Assembly: GCA_963713975.1 (NCBI GenBank) | Contig: OY970218.1 | Span: 2,208,001 to 2,272,000, forward strand | Length of the DNA: 64,000 nt | Reading direction: 5' to 3' | Source: an uncultured Chloroflexia bacterium | GTDB taxonomy: Bacteria > Chloroflexota > Limnocylindria > Limnocylindrales > CSP1-4 | Shown here: piece by piece, positions 53,769-62,905 of the stretch | How positions within the stretch are numbered: position 1 is the first letter of the stretch | Layout of the letters: every line of letters begins with the position of its first letter | The notes under the pieces: model-generated | Databases searched by the model: none | Told to the model about the DNA's origin: nothing | The model's input: only the letters and a program-made list of their open reading frames with translations | Program-made: the position numbers and the translations under genes

Positions 53769-54293
53769 ATGCAGCCTCGTACCAGCATGCTCGCACTTCT
53801 GGCCGCAGCCGTGCTGGCCGTCTTCGCGGTCGCGACCGGGACAGCGACCACGCGAGCCACCTCGACGCCGGCGCCGGTCGCCGACCTCGCCGGCGTGCTG
53901 ATCCCGATCGGCGAGGTCGCGGCCCACTATTGCCACGATCTCGACTACCCCCGCATCCACTGCTTCGCCCAGCCCGAGGAGCTCGAGTCCGCCGTCAGCG
54001 CGACCCAGACGTCGCGCACTCTTCAGGTCGCCGCGGGTGCGCAGTACATGAAGCTCTTCGACCTCGCGGGCTACACGGGCACGTACATCATCCTGTCGCT
54101 TGACTACAACGACCTCAGCACCATCGGCTGGAACGACCGGGCGAGCTCATACATCGGTGTCAACAACCTCGCCTTCGGCCTGTGGACGGCCTGGTACATG
54201 ACCGGGAGCGGGATCGTGGGCTGCTGCAACCAGCGGGCGTCCTCGCTCTCGTCCACCTTCGACAACCAGATCAGCTCGACGCAGTTGCGGTAG
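53769..54293 (+). CDS. Secreted beta/gamma-crystallin-like / peptidase inhibitor I36-like protein
   Basis: Signal peptide; paired LF...YTG..DL..GWNDRASS and W..YMTG..L..FDNQISS motifs. Confidence 0.75.
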   Translation: MQPRTSMLALLAAAVLAVFAVATGTATTRATSTPAPVADLAGVLIPIGEVAAHYCHDLDYPRIHCFAQPEELESAVSATQTSRTLQVAAGAQYMKLFDLAGYTGTYIILSLDYNDLSTIGWNDRASSYIGVNNLAFGLWTAWYMTGSGIVGCCNQRASSLSSTFDNQISSTQLR

Positions 54294-54294
54294 G

Positions 54295-54696
54295 TCAGCA
54301 GGCGGGCGGCGGCGGCGAGGAGCCCGCCGGGTCGCCGGGCGGTGTCACGAACACGACCGCGAGGCCGGGCTCGAGCACCACATCCACGATGACGCCCTCC
54401 GGGACCGCGGTCACGACATCGGCGACCGCCGACCTGTCCTCGAGCGTGCGGACGACCCGCCAGTGCACCGCGAAGCCCGCCGATACCAGTGCCTTCTCGG
54501 CATCCCCCGGCGACAGGCGGGCCACGGCCGCGCAGTCCACGGGGGGCGCCGTTGGGGCCGAGGCGGCGCTCGGCGTCAGCATCACCGGGGTTGCGGCTAG
54601 CGAGCAGGCTGTCAGAAGCACTGTCGTGGTGAGCATGACGAGGATCCGACCCAATGAGCGCAGTGTGTTGGAAGGGTGACGGAGCCAGCGGGTCAT
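54295..54696 (-). CDS. Putative lipoprotein
   Basis: Hydrophobic stretch with lipobox-like LTAC. Confidence 0.55.
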   Translation of the reverse strand: MTRWLRHPSNTLRSLGRILVMLTTTVLLTACSLAATPVMLTPSAASAPTAPPVDCAAVARLSPGDAEKALVSAGFAVHWRVVRTLEDRSAVADVVTAVPEGVIVDVVLEPGLAVVFVTPPGDPAGSSPPPPAC

Positions 54697-54936
54697 GTGT
54701 CCGGAATCTACTCTAGGCGGTTCCTGCCCGGTTCCTTAGCTTATTCACTTCCCTGTCGGGCGCGCCAAACCACCCCGCCTCTTCCCGCGGTCGCCCCTGC
54801 TCCATGTCGATCCCCGCCCTATCGGCGGCGGCCTGATGTCGGACACGCTGCCACCGCAGGTGACGGTTGCACAAGCGAGTTGTGTGCAGTCCGCGTCTGG
54901 TCGTGCCAGGGCAGACACGCCCTGCAGTCGACGCCT

Positions 54937-55003
54937 ATAGGGTTCTCCCCATCCGGGGATAGGGGACTCCCCAATTGCACACCACGGACGACGCGACGAG
55001 ACT
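54937..55003 (+). promoter_or_regulatory. Tandem NarL-type boxes plus -10 (copies 4 and 5)
   Basis: ATAGGGTTCTCCCCAT (54937) and ATAGGGGACTCCCCAAT (54959) 22 bp apart, then N22-GAGACT. Confidence 0.7.
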
Positions 55004-55158
55004 CGCGATGGCTGTCCTAGGTGGGCACAACCTGATCATCCCAGCCGAGACGGACTCCCTCCCATGACCCCGCCATCGGGCGTCGGCACACAGGAAACGA
55101 CCGTCTGCAGCCGGCGCGGCCAACAGATACCGAGCCGCCACACGAAGGGAGCGCCAGC

Positions 55159-56001
55159 ATGAGACGTCATCGGTCGGTGTCTGTTCGCCTGCTCGCCGTC
55201 GTCGCCTCGGCCGTGCTGGTCTCCCAGAGTGCCGGAGCGACTCTCGCAGCAGGTCCGGCGGTCTCGCCGTCGCCTATCGCGACTGACTACCAATGGGCGT
55301 TCTGGGCGGACGGCCTCGCTCCACTCGCCAACGCCAAGCAGTGGGTGCTGCAGGGAACCAAACAGCCGTCTGGCGCGTGCGCCTATGACTATCCGACAGG
55401 CCCAACGGAGGTGCCCGCCGCCGGATGGGAGGCACGCAGCGTCGCCATCGACGTCGCGAACTGCGCGAAGCTTATTGAGGAGGGGCAGCCAACGGCATTC
55501 GCTGTCACCGAGAGAGGGCCGGGCACGTCCGAAGCTCTGACGGAGGGCAGCAGCGGAGTCGCGAGGACCCAGTCCGACGCCGCCGCAGCGACGAGCACGC
55601 GAAGCGCCTGGCAGAAGGTGACCTGGTACGACATCGTCAACCTGTGGCTCAACTACGACGTGACGCAGGTCACTTGGTCCTACAACGGGTCGTCGGTGAG
55701 CGCCGGATCCGTCCAAGGGTTCGTCGGCTGGCGCAGCGGCTCAGGCTGGGGCCTCGTCTACGCGCATCACGCCGGGTCCTACGGTGCCGGGAACTCATAC
55801 TATCTCGGCAACACGTGGAGCAAGATGGGCAACCCGATCTTCTGCCCTACGCCGCCGATCGTCTACACCGTGTATTCCTTCAATAAGGTGTGGGGGCATC
55901 CGAACGGGACGGCGACGCGCAGCCAGTCGAGCGACAGCATCGACGAGTGCCTGCCCTTCCACTTCGACATCCAGTCCGCGTACGGCACCTGGCCGGGATG
56001 A
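55159..56001 (+). CDS. Secreted protein of unknown function
   Basis: GAAGGGAG SD; signal peptide; two Cys pairs; aromatic/Gly/Ser-rich C-terminal half. Confidence 0.8.
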   Translation: MRRHRSVSVRLLAVVASAVLVSQSAGATLAAGPAVSPSPIATDYQWAFWADGLAPLANAKQWVLQGTKQPSGACAYDYPTGPTEVPAAGWEARSVAIDVANCAKLIEEGQPTAFAVTERGPGTSEALTEGSSGVARTQSDAAAATSTRSAWQKVTWYDIVNLWLNYDVTQVTWSYNGSSVSAGSVQGFVGWRSGSGWGLVYAHHAGSYGAGNSYYLGNTWSKMGNPIFCPTPPIVYTVYSFNKVWGHPNGTATRSQSSDSIDECLPFHFDIQSAYGTWPG

Positions 56002-56023
56002 GGTCGGCGGAGGGCCCGCGCCG

Positions 56024-56361
56024 GTGAGTCGTGCCCTGGTCCTCGGGCTGGTCGCAGGCGCGGTTGCCCCGCCCTCGTCTTCGTAGTCCTGCCCGTCATT
56101 GGGGTCCTGGCTGTCGGAGGGCTGCTCGTGGCCACGGCGCGAGGCCCTCGGCGATGGACGCTGAACGGAGCCCTGACTGGGCTTGGGGGCGTCTGGACCA
56201 TCCTCGCGGCCAAGGGGTTGGCCGATTGCGCCCCTACGGGTGACTGGTGTGGTCAGACGCCGTTGGTCCCCTTCATGGTGCTCGCGTTCGTCACGCTGGC
56301 ATGCGGCATCGCCTCGACCGTGGTGTCGCTTCGGCGATCCCGAACTCCGGACGGCCGGTAA
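56024..56361 (+). pseudogene. Small multi-TM membrane protein, frameshifted near 56070
   Basis: GGAGG SD then GTG MSRALVLGLVAGAVA; hydrophobic frame continues after a shift as ALVFVVLPVIGVLAVGG into ORF 56128-56361. Confidence 0.55.
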
Positions 56362-56531
56362 GGCCTTCGAGCGCACCGGCAGCCACCGGCGACAATGCGC
56401 CTTCCACTGGTGGCGTGGCCCATCGGACAGGCGCATGGGCGCGGCCTCCACGCCTCGAGTCGGAACGTCGTGCCGGCACCACGCCACTTGGTCAGCGTGC
56501 GCGCCCGCACGGGAGGCGTGAACAGGGCGCA

Positions 56532-57808
56532 CTACGCGCCCAGGAGCGCGAGCGGGACAACGCCGACGCCGTCCGGTCGCCGGTAGGCCGCCGGGCCGGT
56601 CGAGAGGATGACGGTGTGGAGCATCGCGTCGCCGGCGATCTCGCGGAGCCGTCGCAGCTGCCGAGCGTCATCGTCCCCGACCGCTCGGGCCGACTTCACC
56701 TCGATCGCCACGAACCGCCCGTCGTCCCGTCCGACGATGAGGTCCACCTCGCGCTCGCCACGCTGGGTGCGGTAGTGGTACACGCTGGCCTCGGCAGCCT
56801 GGGCGAAGACGCGAACGCACAGCGTGGCGAGCGACTCGAACAGCGCGCCAAGGAGCAGGTCCGGGTGCCGGATGCCCGGCGTCGCGGGGCCCGCAGCGGC
56901 GATCGCGGATGCGCCCACCCCCCAGGAGGCGCGCGGCGAAGGCGGGATCGGCGAGCTGGTGCTTCGGCGCCGCGGTGAGCCGGGCGAGGCCGGGCCGCGA
57001 CGGGAGCCAGCCGGGCACGGGCTCCACGAGCCAGAGCCGCTCGAGCACGTCGAAGTAGCGCTGGACGGTGGACTTGCCCGGCATCTCGCCCGCCGCCCCA
57101 GCGGTGGCGTCCCGGATCTTCTCGAGCGAGGCCGTCGTGGAGACGGCGGCGGCGTGCGCAGCGAGCCAGCGGTGGAGGGCCACGTGGTTCCGCAGGCGCT
57201 CCCCGCCAAGCTCGGTGTAGTCGTGGTCGATGACCTGGCCGAGGTGCGAGTCCAGCAGGGCTCTCGCCGTCCGGGCCGGCACGTCGGATGCCCGGGAGAC
57301 CCGACGCGGCGATCTCGGATGCGTAGTCCGACGCCCGCAGCGCGGTCTCGCCAGCAAGCGGCGGGCGGGACCCGGACAGCAGGGCGGCGAGGCTGACCGT
57401 GGGCGGCTGGACGCCGCGCTCAGCGAGGGCCATCGGCCGCATCCGCACCGACACGATCCGGCCCGTCCCGGGATGCGCCGGCCGGGCCCGCGGCACGGCC
57501 GAGCCGGTCAGGATGAAGCTGCCGGGCTCCGCGCCACGGTCGACGGCGGTACGCACCGCGTCCCAGACGTCCGGCACCAGCTGCCACTCGTCGATGAGGA
57601 CCGGCCGAGGGCCAGCCAGGGCGGCGGCCGGGTCCGCCTCCGTGGCGATGCGCGTGGCACGGTCGGCGAGGTCGTGCACGGTGCGGGCTCGCTCGGCCGC
57701 GGTCCGCGTCTTGCCGACGGCCCGGGGGCCCTCGAGGGCGACGGCCGCCGCGCCGGCGAGGTGGTCGTCCAGCTCGTCATCGACCAGCTGCCGCAGGTAT
57801 GGCCGCAT
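56532..57808 (-). pseudogene. AAA_14/DUF4143 ATP-binding protein with two frameshifts
   Basis: GPRAVGKT, LIDEWQ and ILTGS in the first frame; APKHQLADP in the second; GALFESL, REVDLIV and AIEVK in the third. Confidence 0.85.
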
Positions 57809-57863
57809 GGCGGATCCTCCAGGGCTGCCGAGGCGCGCATGTACGGCACGCGTCTGGCAGCCG

Positions 57864-57930
57864 TCTACGGGACCGTTACGCGATGTTCAACAGGACCGTC
57901 TCGCGCCCATCAGCGGGACCATCCCGCGAG
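57864..57930. repeat. Three degenerate 23-bp direct repeats
   Basis: TCTACGGGACCGTTACGCG (57864), TCAACAGGACCGTCTCGCG (57887), TCAGCGGGACCATCCCGCG (57910). Confidence 0.65.
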
Positions 57931-58512
57931 TGCGTGGGGGGTGGTGTGGCAGCAACCGCCGGGTGCAGGAGGCGCTGGCCGATCACCCTGGCCTCGGCGC
58001 GATCGGGACCCTCACGATAATGGTGGCATCCGCAGGTTCAGAACCCATTCGGGTTGGCGAATGCGACTTCGACGGCGACCGTACGCAACAGCCGTACACA
58101 TGCCCCCGCTCCGAGGGTCTTGTCCGCCGTAGTCTCGGGGCAGCGGTGACAGGCGAGGCGCCGGTCGTCGCGGGATCGTCCCCCGTGGGGCCGGCGGCGT
58201 GCGCTGCGGCCCGGCGGCACGGGGCCGCGGCTGGAGCCCCTCCGGCAGCCTCTGGGACCGCCCGTGACGCCGGCCACCCGCCCCCAGACCGCCCGCGTCA
58301 GGCCCAGGCGTCCGAAACACGGGTGCCCCAGGGCCCACTATGAGGTCGCCCACCATGCTGATGTCGTCCGCTCCCCACCACGCCACGTCATCCCAGCCCA
58401 TCCGGTCCCGCGTCCCTGACCCTCACCGGGTCCGCGACGGGGGCATCGGGTCCGGATCCCTGCCCCGGGTTCCGTGCGCGGGAACGCCCCCGGAGCCGCG
58501 GGACCCCACACC

Positions 58513-59412
58513 ATGATCGGGACGTTCCGTCCGGCTCCCCATCCCGTCAGGCGTCGGGTGCTCGATCCCGGGTTCCTGGGCATCCGCGACCGCGCGGTCC
58601 TCGAGCTCCTCCATCGCGCCGACGTCGCCACCACCGGCCAGCTCGTCACCCTCGTCTACCGCCGCCGGCAGACGGCGCAGGAGCATCTCGTCGCGCTGTA
58701 CCGCGCGGGCTGGATCGAGCGCGCCGTCCTGCCACCGACAACCCGGGGTGGTGCCCCACTCGCGTTCCGGCTCTCCGCCCGAGCCCGTCGCCGCCTGGGT
58801 CTCGGTCCCCTCACGCGCGGACGCGCGGGCACGCAACTGCGCCACTCGCTCAACGTCACCGAGACCGTCGCCACCCTGGTCCGCATGGATCCAGCGGGCA
58901 CGATGTCCCACCCCGTCCGTGCCTGGCTCCCCGAGCGCGCCGCCGCCAAGGTCGGGCTGCGCGACGTGTTCCCCGACAGCATCGTCGCACTCGCCTTGCC
59001 CACGGGCTCGGCCGTCCTGTGCCTCGAGATCGACCAGGCCACCGAGCACGCCCCGGTCATCCGCGCCAAGCTCGCTCGCTACGAGCCGGCGCTGCGCAAC
59101 CGCCATGGCTGGGGCGTCCTGTTCGTCGTCGAGTCGCCGGTCCGCGCCGCCTATCTCGCGCGGGTGGGGCGCGAGACCGAGTGCGCCCATCGCCTCATCG
59201 GCAAGGCCTGGGTCACGGTCCTCGGCGACCTCGCGGCCGAGGGTCCTTCCGCCACGCTGCGCCAGATCACCCCGGGCGGCGGACGGACCACCCTCGCCGC
59301 GGTCCTGCACGACCCTCGGCCACGCAGATGCTCGACACCCGTCGGGAGCGACGCGTGGATCGAGCTGCTCGCCTTTGGCGGCGCGGAGGACACGGCCGAG
59401 GCGCTCGCGTGA
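58513..59412 (+). CDS. Replication-relaxation family protein
   Basis: RDRAVLELL..ATTGQL, LRHSLNV, PD, LEIDQATE and KLARY motifs. Confidence 0.8.
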   Translation: MIGTFRPAPHPVRRRVLDPGFLGIRDRAVLELLHRADVATTGQLVTLVYRRRQTAQEHLVALYRAGWIERAVLPPTTRGGAPLAFRLSARARRRLGLGPLTRGRAGTQLRHSLNVTETVATLVRMDPAGTMSHPVRAWLPERAAAKVGLRDVFPDSIVALALPTGSAVLCLEIDQATEHAPVIRAKLARYEPALRNRHGWGVLFVVESPVRAAYLARVGRETECAHRLIGKAWVTVLGDLAAEGPSATLRQITPGGGRTTLAAVLHDPRPRRCSTPVGSDAWIELLAFGGAEDTAEALA

Positions 59413-59627
59413 CGGGGGTTGACCCGGCACCCGCGCCGCCGGAACTGCGAGCCAGGGGTCTCGCCGCAGCCCCGGTCGCCCTCAACCCGAGCGTCGTCCG
59501 GACGACCGTTGGCGGCGTCCTCGTGGACCCCGCGACCCGCCCCTGCCCGGTTCCGGTCGGCTCTGACGTCTGGCTGCGGATGCTGGGCACCGGGCGCGTC
59601 GAGGTTGACGCGGAGGCCCTGTGGTGA
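59409..59627 (+). CDS. Small protein similar to the C-terminus of the upstream relaxase-like protein
   Basis: GTG overlaps the upstream stop; RTT...VL.DP..R.C..PVGSD.W...L..G..E..AEAL is shared. Confidence 0.55.
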   Translation: MTGVDPAPAPPELRARGLAAAPVALNPSVVRTTVGGVLVDPATRPCPVPVGSDVWLRMLGTGRVEVDAEALW

Positions 59628-59884
59628 GGCGCGAGTCGCTCACCCCGTCCGAGCGGGTTATGCGCGCCCGGATGGCCGCGTACACGCTCCATGCCCGCCA
59701 CGACCCGCGCGAGACGACGAAGGCGGCGCGGCGCGCCTTCAACCAGCGCTTCCTCGACGAGGTCGACCCCGAGCGCTGTCTCCCAGGGCCGGAGCGTCTC
59801 CGCCGCGCCGACGCCGCGAGGCGGGCATACTTCACGCGGCTGGCCTACCTGTCGGCGCGGAAGCGGCGAAGAGCCAGCGGGTGA
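59621..59884 (+). CDS. Small basic mobile-element protein
   Basis: RFLDEVDPE..LP..ER.RRADAARRAYFTRLA, a pattern I recognise from integrative-element hypotheticals. Confidence 0.7.
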   Translation: MVRRESLTPSERVMRARMAAYTLHARHDPRETTKAARRAFNQRFLDEVDPERCLPGPERLRRADAARRAYFTRLAYLSARKRRRASG

Positions 59885-59897
59885 TCCGCAACTTGAT

Positions 59898-60734
59898 TTA
59901 CGGTTCGGCGGGGGAGAGACGCCGCAGGAGCTGCTCGACGCGGGCGAAGGCCAACGCCTGGACCCGATCGGCCTCCGGGCTTCCCAGCGGCACCCTCCGG
60001 TACATGGCGACACTCGCCGGTCCGATCGCGTCGATCGAGGTGAACTTGTCCGCGAGGATGCGCACGGCCTTCATCACGGGGTCGACGGCTGCCATGGCGG
60101 CGATCCCGGCGGCCACCTCGCCGATGCCGATGTGGCTCAAGAGATAGTCGATGTCGTACGCGTCCTTCGGCTTGTCGCGCTGGCCCATCGCGAGCGCCTT
60201 CAGGATCACGAGCGCCGACGGTGTCGCGACACGGACGGAGACCCGATTCTGGCGCCCGTCCGGCAGCAGACCTGCGATCTCCTGATCGACGAAGGCGGTG
60301 CGGACGAGCTCGGCGCCCTCCGTCCGCCGCGCCAGCGGCTCGCCGCCGATCCGTTCGTGGCGATGGCCAGCCCCGCCCCGGGGCGTGACTGGGGCGAGCA
60401 GGTCAACCTCGACATCGATCGTCCGCTCGTCGAAACGGACCGACCGCAGCCACCGGAAGGGCTGGTCAAGCTGGGTGTAGCCGCGATCGCGGAGGAGCTC
60501 GGCGATCGTCCGATAGGCATCGTCGGGGACGCCGATCGGGTCGACCACCAGGTCGACATCAAGCGTACCGGCGTAGGGATCGTCCGGCTGGTCTCCGGTG
60601 AGCAGTGGGGGAGCGCTGCCGCCGACGATCGTCATCGCGTCGGCGAAGCCCGCCAGGATCGTCCAGAGCTCGAGCAAGACGCGCTGCGCCGCTACGACCG
60701 ACGCCGGGTCGTCGCGGGGATCTACCGCGGCCAC
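59898..60734 (-). CDS. Nucleotidyltransferase-fold toxin (AbiEii-like)
   Basis: IVGGSA, TLDVDL, LK and KDAYDI motifs; start overlaps the antitoxin 3' end. Confidence 0.75.
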   Translation of the reverse strand: MAAVDPRDDPASVVAAQRVLLELWTILAGFADAMTIVGGSAPPLLTGDQPDDPYAGTLDVDLVVDPIGVPDDAYRTIAELLRDRGYTQLDQPFRWLRSVRFDERTIDVEVDLLAPVTPRGGAGHRHERIGGEPLARRTEGAELVRTAFVDQEIAGLLPDGRQNRVSVRVATPSALVILKALAMGQRDKPKDAYDIDYLLSHIGIGEVAAGIAAMAAVDPVMKAVRILADKFTSIDAIGPASVAMYRRVPLGSPEADRVQALAFARVEQLLRRLSPAEP

Positions 60735-61768
60735 AGCTCGCCTCGTTCGCGCATGAAGGCGGCCGCCTCGGCGGAGGCACCGCCTCGCCGGACGAGATCC
60801 ACGTACAGCTGCGGCCGACTCGCGAGCATCAGGCCGTCGCGTTCGAAGCTGCCGTCGAGGGCGCCGCCGTCTGTCGGCCGGATCAGGATGACATTCCCGC
60901 CGCGCGCGACCGGTGTGAGCTGGAGGGCTTCGTCCCATGGTGCGAAATCGGTGACGTACAGCTCCACGCGGGCGAACCGAGTGAACGGCGCGAGCCGATC
61001 CGCGGCGGCCTCAGCCGTGATCGCATAGCGCGGCGGATCGTCCAGCGCGCGGATGGCCCTCAGGATCGCCTCCGGGCCGCCGATGATCGCGACATGCTCC
61101 AGGATGGCATCACCGGGCGCGGGAGCCGCCGCCCAGGCCTTCAGCAGGGCGTCGCGATCGCTGAGGCGGCTCGCTCCCCGCGCTCGATCGAGGTACGCGT
61201 TGCGCGCCAGCGTCTTGAAGGTCCGGCTCACGAAGCCCTGCGTGAGGCCCGTGCGGGCGGCCATGTCGGCGAGGGTCCATGAGCGATCGGGCTGGATCAG
61301 CAGCCAGCGCACGACTCGGAGGGCGGCGCCTGAGAAGGGGTCGGCGACGTACCGCGTGCCCGGCGCATCGGCGTCGCGGCGCGTCGGCCGGCGGCCCAGG
61401 CGCTCGATGAACAGGCTCCCGAGCACGATCCGACAGTCGCCGTCGGGCTCGATCCAGCTGATGCCTGCGTCTTGGAGGATCTCGCGAGCGCGCGCGCCGA
61501 GGACGGGCGCGACGAGGATGGCCGCACCGCATCGCTGGAGCCAGGGAACGAGCCGCGCGACCACGGCGGGCTCGGCCCGAGCCTGGAACTCCACGCACGC
61601 CGTCGACCGTTCACCCGAGGGCGCGGTCAGATCGAGATAGGCGTCGGTCCTGGCGTCCGCAGATCCATCGCCCGATCGCACGGCCATCGCCCAACCCGGC
61701 GGAAGGATGGCCCCAACAGCCTGTTCGAAGGCTTGTGCAAGCGCGGGATTGAGTTGCAGTTCTACCAT
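60722..61768 (-). CDS. AbiEi-like type IV antitoxin / regulator
   Basis: Central HTH LADMAARTGLTQGFVSRTFKTL; LLKAW, GNV and QLYVDL..G..EAA. Confidence 0.75.
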   Translation of the reverse strand: MVELQLNPALAQAFEQAVGAILPPGWAMAVRSGDGSADARTDAYLDLTAPSGERSTACVEFQARAEPAVVARLVPWLQRCGAAILVAPVLGARAREILQDAGISWIEPDGDCRIVLGSLFIERLGRRPTRRDADAPGTRYVADPFSGAALRVVRWLLIQPDRSWTLADMAARTGLTQGFVSRTFKTLARNAYLDRARGASRLSDRDALLKAWAAAPAPGDAILEHVAIIGGPEAILRAIRALDDPPRYAITAEAAADRLAPFTRFARVELYVTDFAPWDEALQLTPVARGGNVILIRPTDGGALDGSFERDGLMLASRPQLYVDLVRRGGASAEAAAFMRERGELWPR

Positions 61769-61831
61769 TGCTGGCTACTGTACCACAGCGGTATATATAG
61801 GTACTCCAGTAGATGTCCAGTCCTGACGACG

Positions 61832-62779
61832 CTAGATCCGATCTCCCGGGCTCCGCTTCCGGTATGCCTCACGTGCCCGCTCGTCGGCCGCCGAGGCGCC
61901 GTAGCGGCTGAGCATCTGGCGGCTCTTCCAGCCGGCGAGGCGCATGAGGTCGCCCTCCGTGCCGCCGTCGGCGAGCCACATGTGGGCATAGGTGTGGCGG
62001 AACTGGTGGGGGTGGAGGCTGGGCAGCCCGGCCACGGCGCCGCGGCGCCTGAGCACCTGGAGGACGCCGCTGTCGGTCAGGACCCCGCGGGCGCCCAGCC
62101 ATAGCTCGTCGCGGCCGGCCTGCGAGTGCGACGCGCGGGCCCGCAGGTAGCGATCGATCGCCTGGGCGGTCTTGCTCCCGAACGGGCAGGCCCGGGGACG
62201 GCGGCCCTTGCCCAGCACGATCGCCACCCCCTCGTCAAGATCGACGTCCGCCAGGCGCAGGCCCGTGATCTCGCCCCGGCGCATGCCGGTGTCGAGCAGC
62301 ATCCGGACCAGGGCGGTGTCTCGCCGGGCTTCGAAGCCCGTCCCGGCGCAGGCGTCGAGGATGGCCTTGATCTGCTCCGGTCGCAGGATCGGCGGCGGTT
62401 CCTCGGGCACGATCGGCGGGGTCATCCTGGCCATCGGTGACTCGCGGACCTCGTCCTCCGAGACGGCCCACTTCCAGAACGCCTGCAGGCAGCGGTAGGC
62501 GAGTGAGACGGTCGCGGGTCGTGCCCCGCCGTCCTGGAGGGCAACGAGGAAGGCCTCGATGTGCTCGCGCCGGAGCCCCTCGAGCGAGGCGGGCATGCCG
62601 CGCTCGGCGAGGAACGCATCGAACCGGGTGGCCGCGTCGAGATAGGTCTTGATGGTGGCCGGGCTGCGGTTCGCAGCGCGCAGGCTCAGGCGCCAGCTGT
62701 CGATGGCGGACCGGAGCCCGAGGCGTGGCGGCCCGGCCGCCTCCGTTATAGTGGTCCTGGTGCTCGTCGGTCTGACCAC
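61832..62779 (-). CDS. Tyrosine recombinase / integrase
   Basis: [27 protein letters not shown] catalytic residues; adjacent to tRNA. Confidence 0.95.
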   Translation of the reverse strand: MVRPTSTRTTITEAAGPPRLGLRSAIDSWRLSLRAANRSPATIKTYLDAATRFDAFLAERGMPASLEGLRREHIEAFLVALQDGGARPATVSLAYRCLQAFWKWAVSEDEVRESPMARMTPPIVPEEPPPILRPEQIKAILDACAGTGFEARRDTALVRMLLDTGMRRGEITGLRLADVDLDEGVAIVLGKGRRPRACPFGSKTAQAIDRYLRARASHSQAGRDELWLGARGVLTDSGVLQVLRRRGAVAGLPSLHPHQFRHTYAHMWLADGGTEGDLMRLAGWKSRQMLSRYGASAADERAREAYRKRSPGDRI

Positions 62780-62905
62780 GGGTTCTGCGTCCTCAGCGTA
62801 ATATTGCGCTCATCGGGAACTCGAAACTGGTGAGAGTTATACGCTGCGAGAGCGCTGTGGTCAAGCCGGAATACAGTTAGACGCTGTAGTGGAGCACGAA
62901 ACCGA

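Noticed and set aside
57864-57930. Repeat array as a CRISPR
   Set aside because: The units are degenerate and have no spacer-length unique sequence; no cas genes in the window
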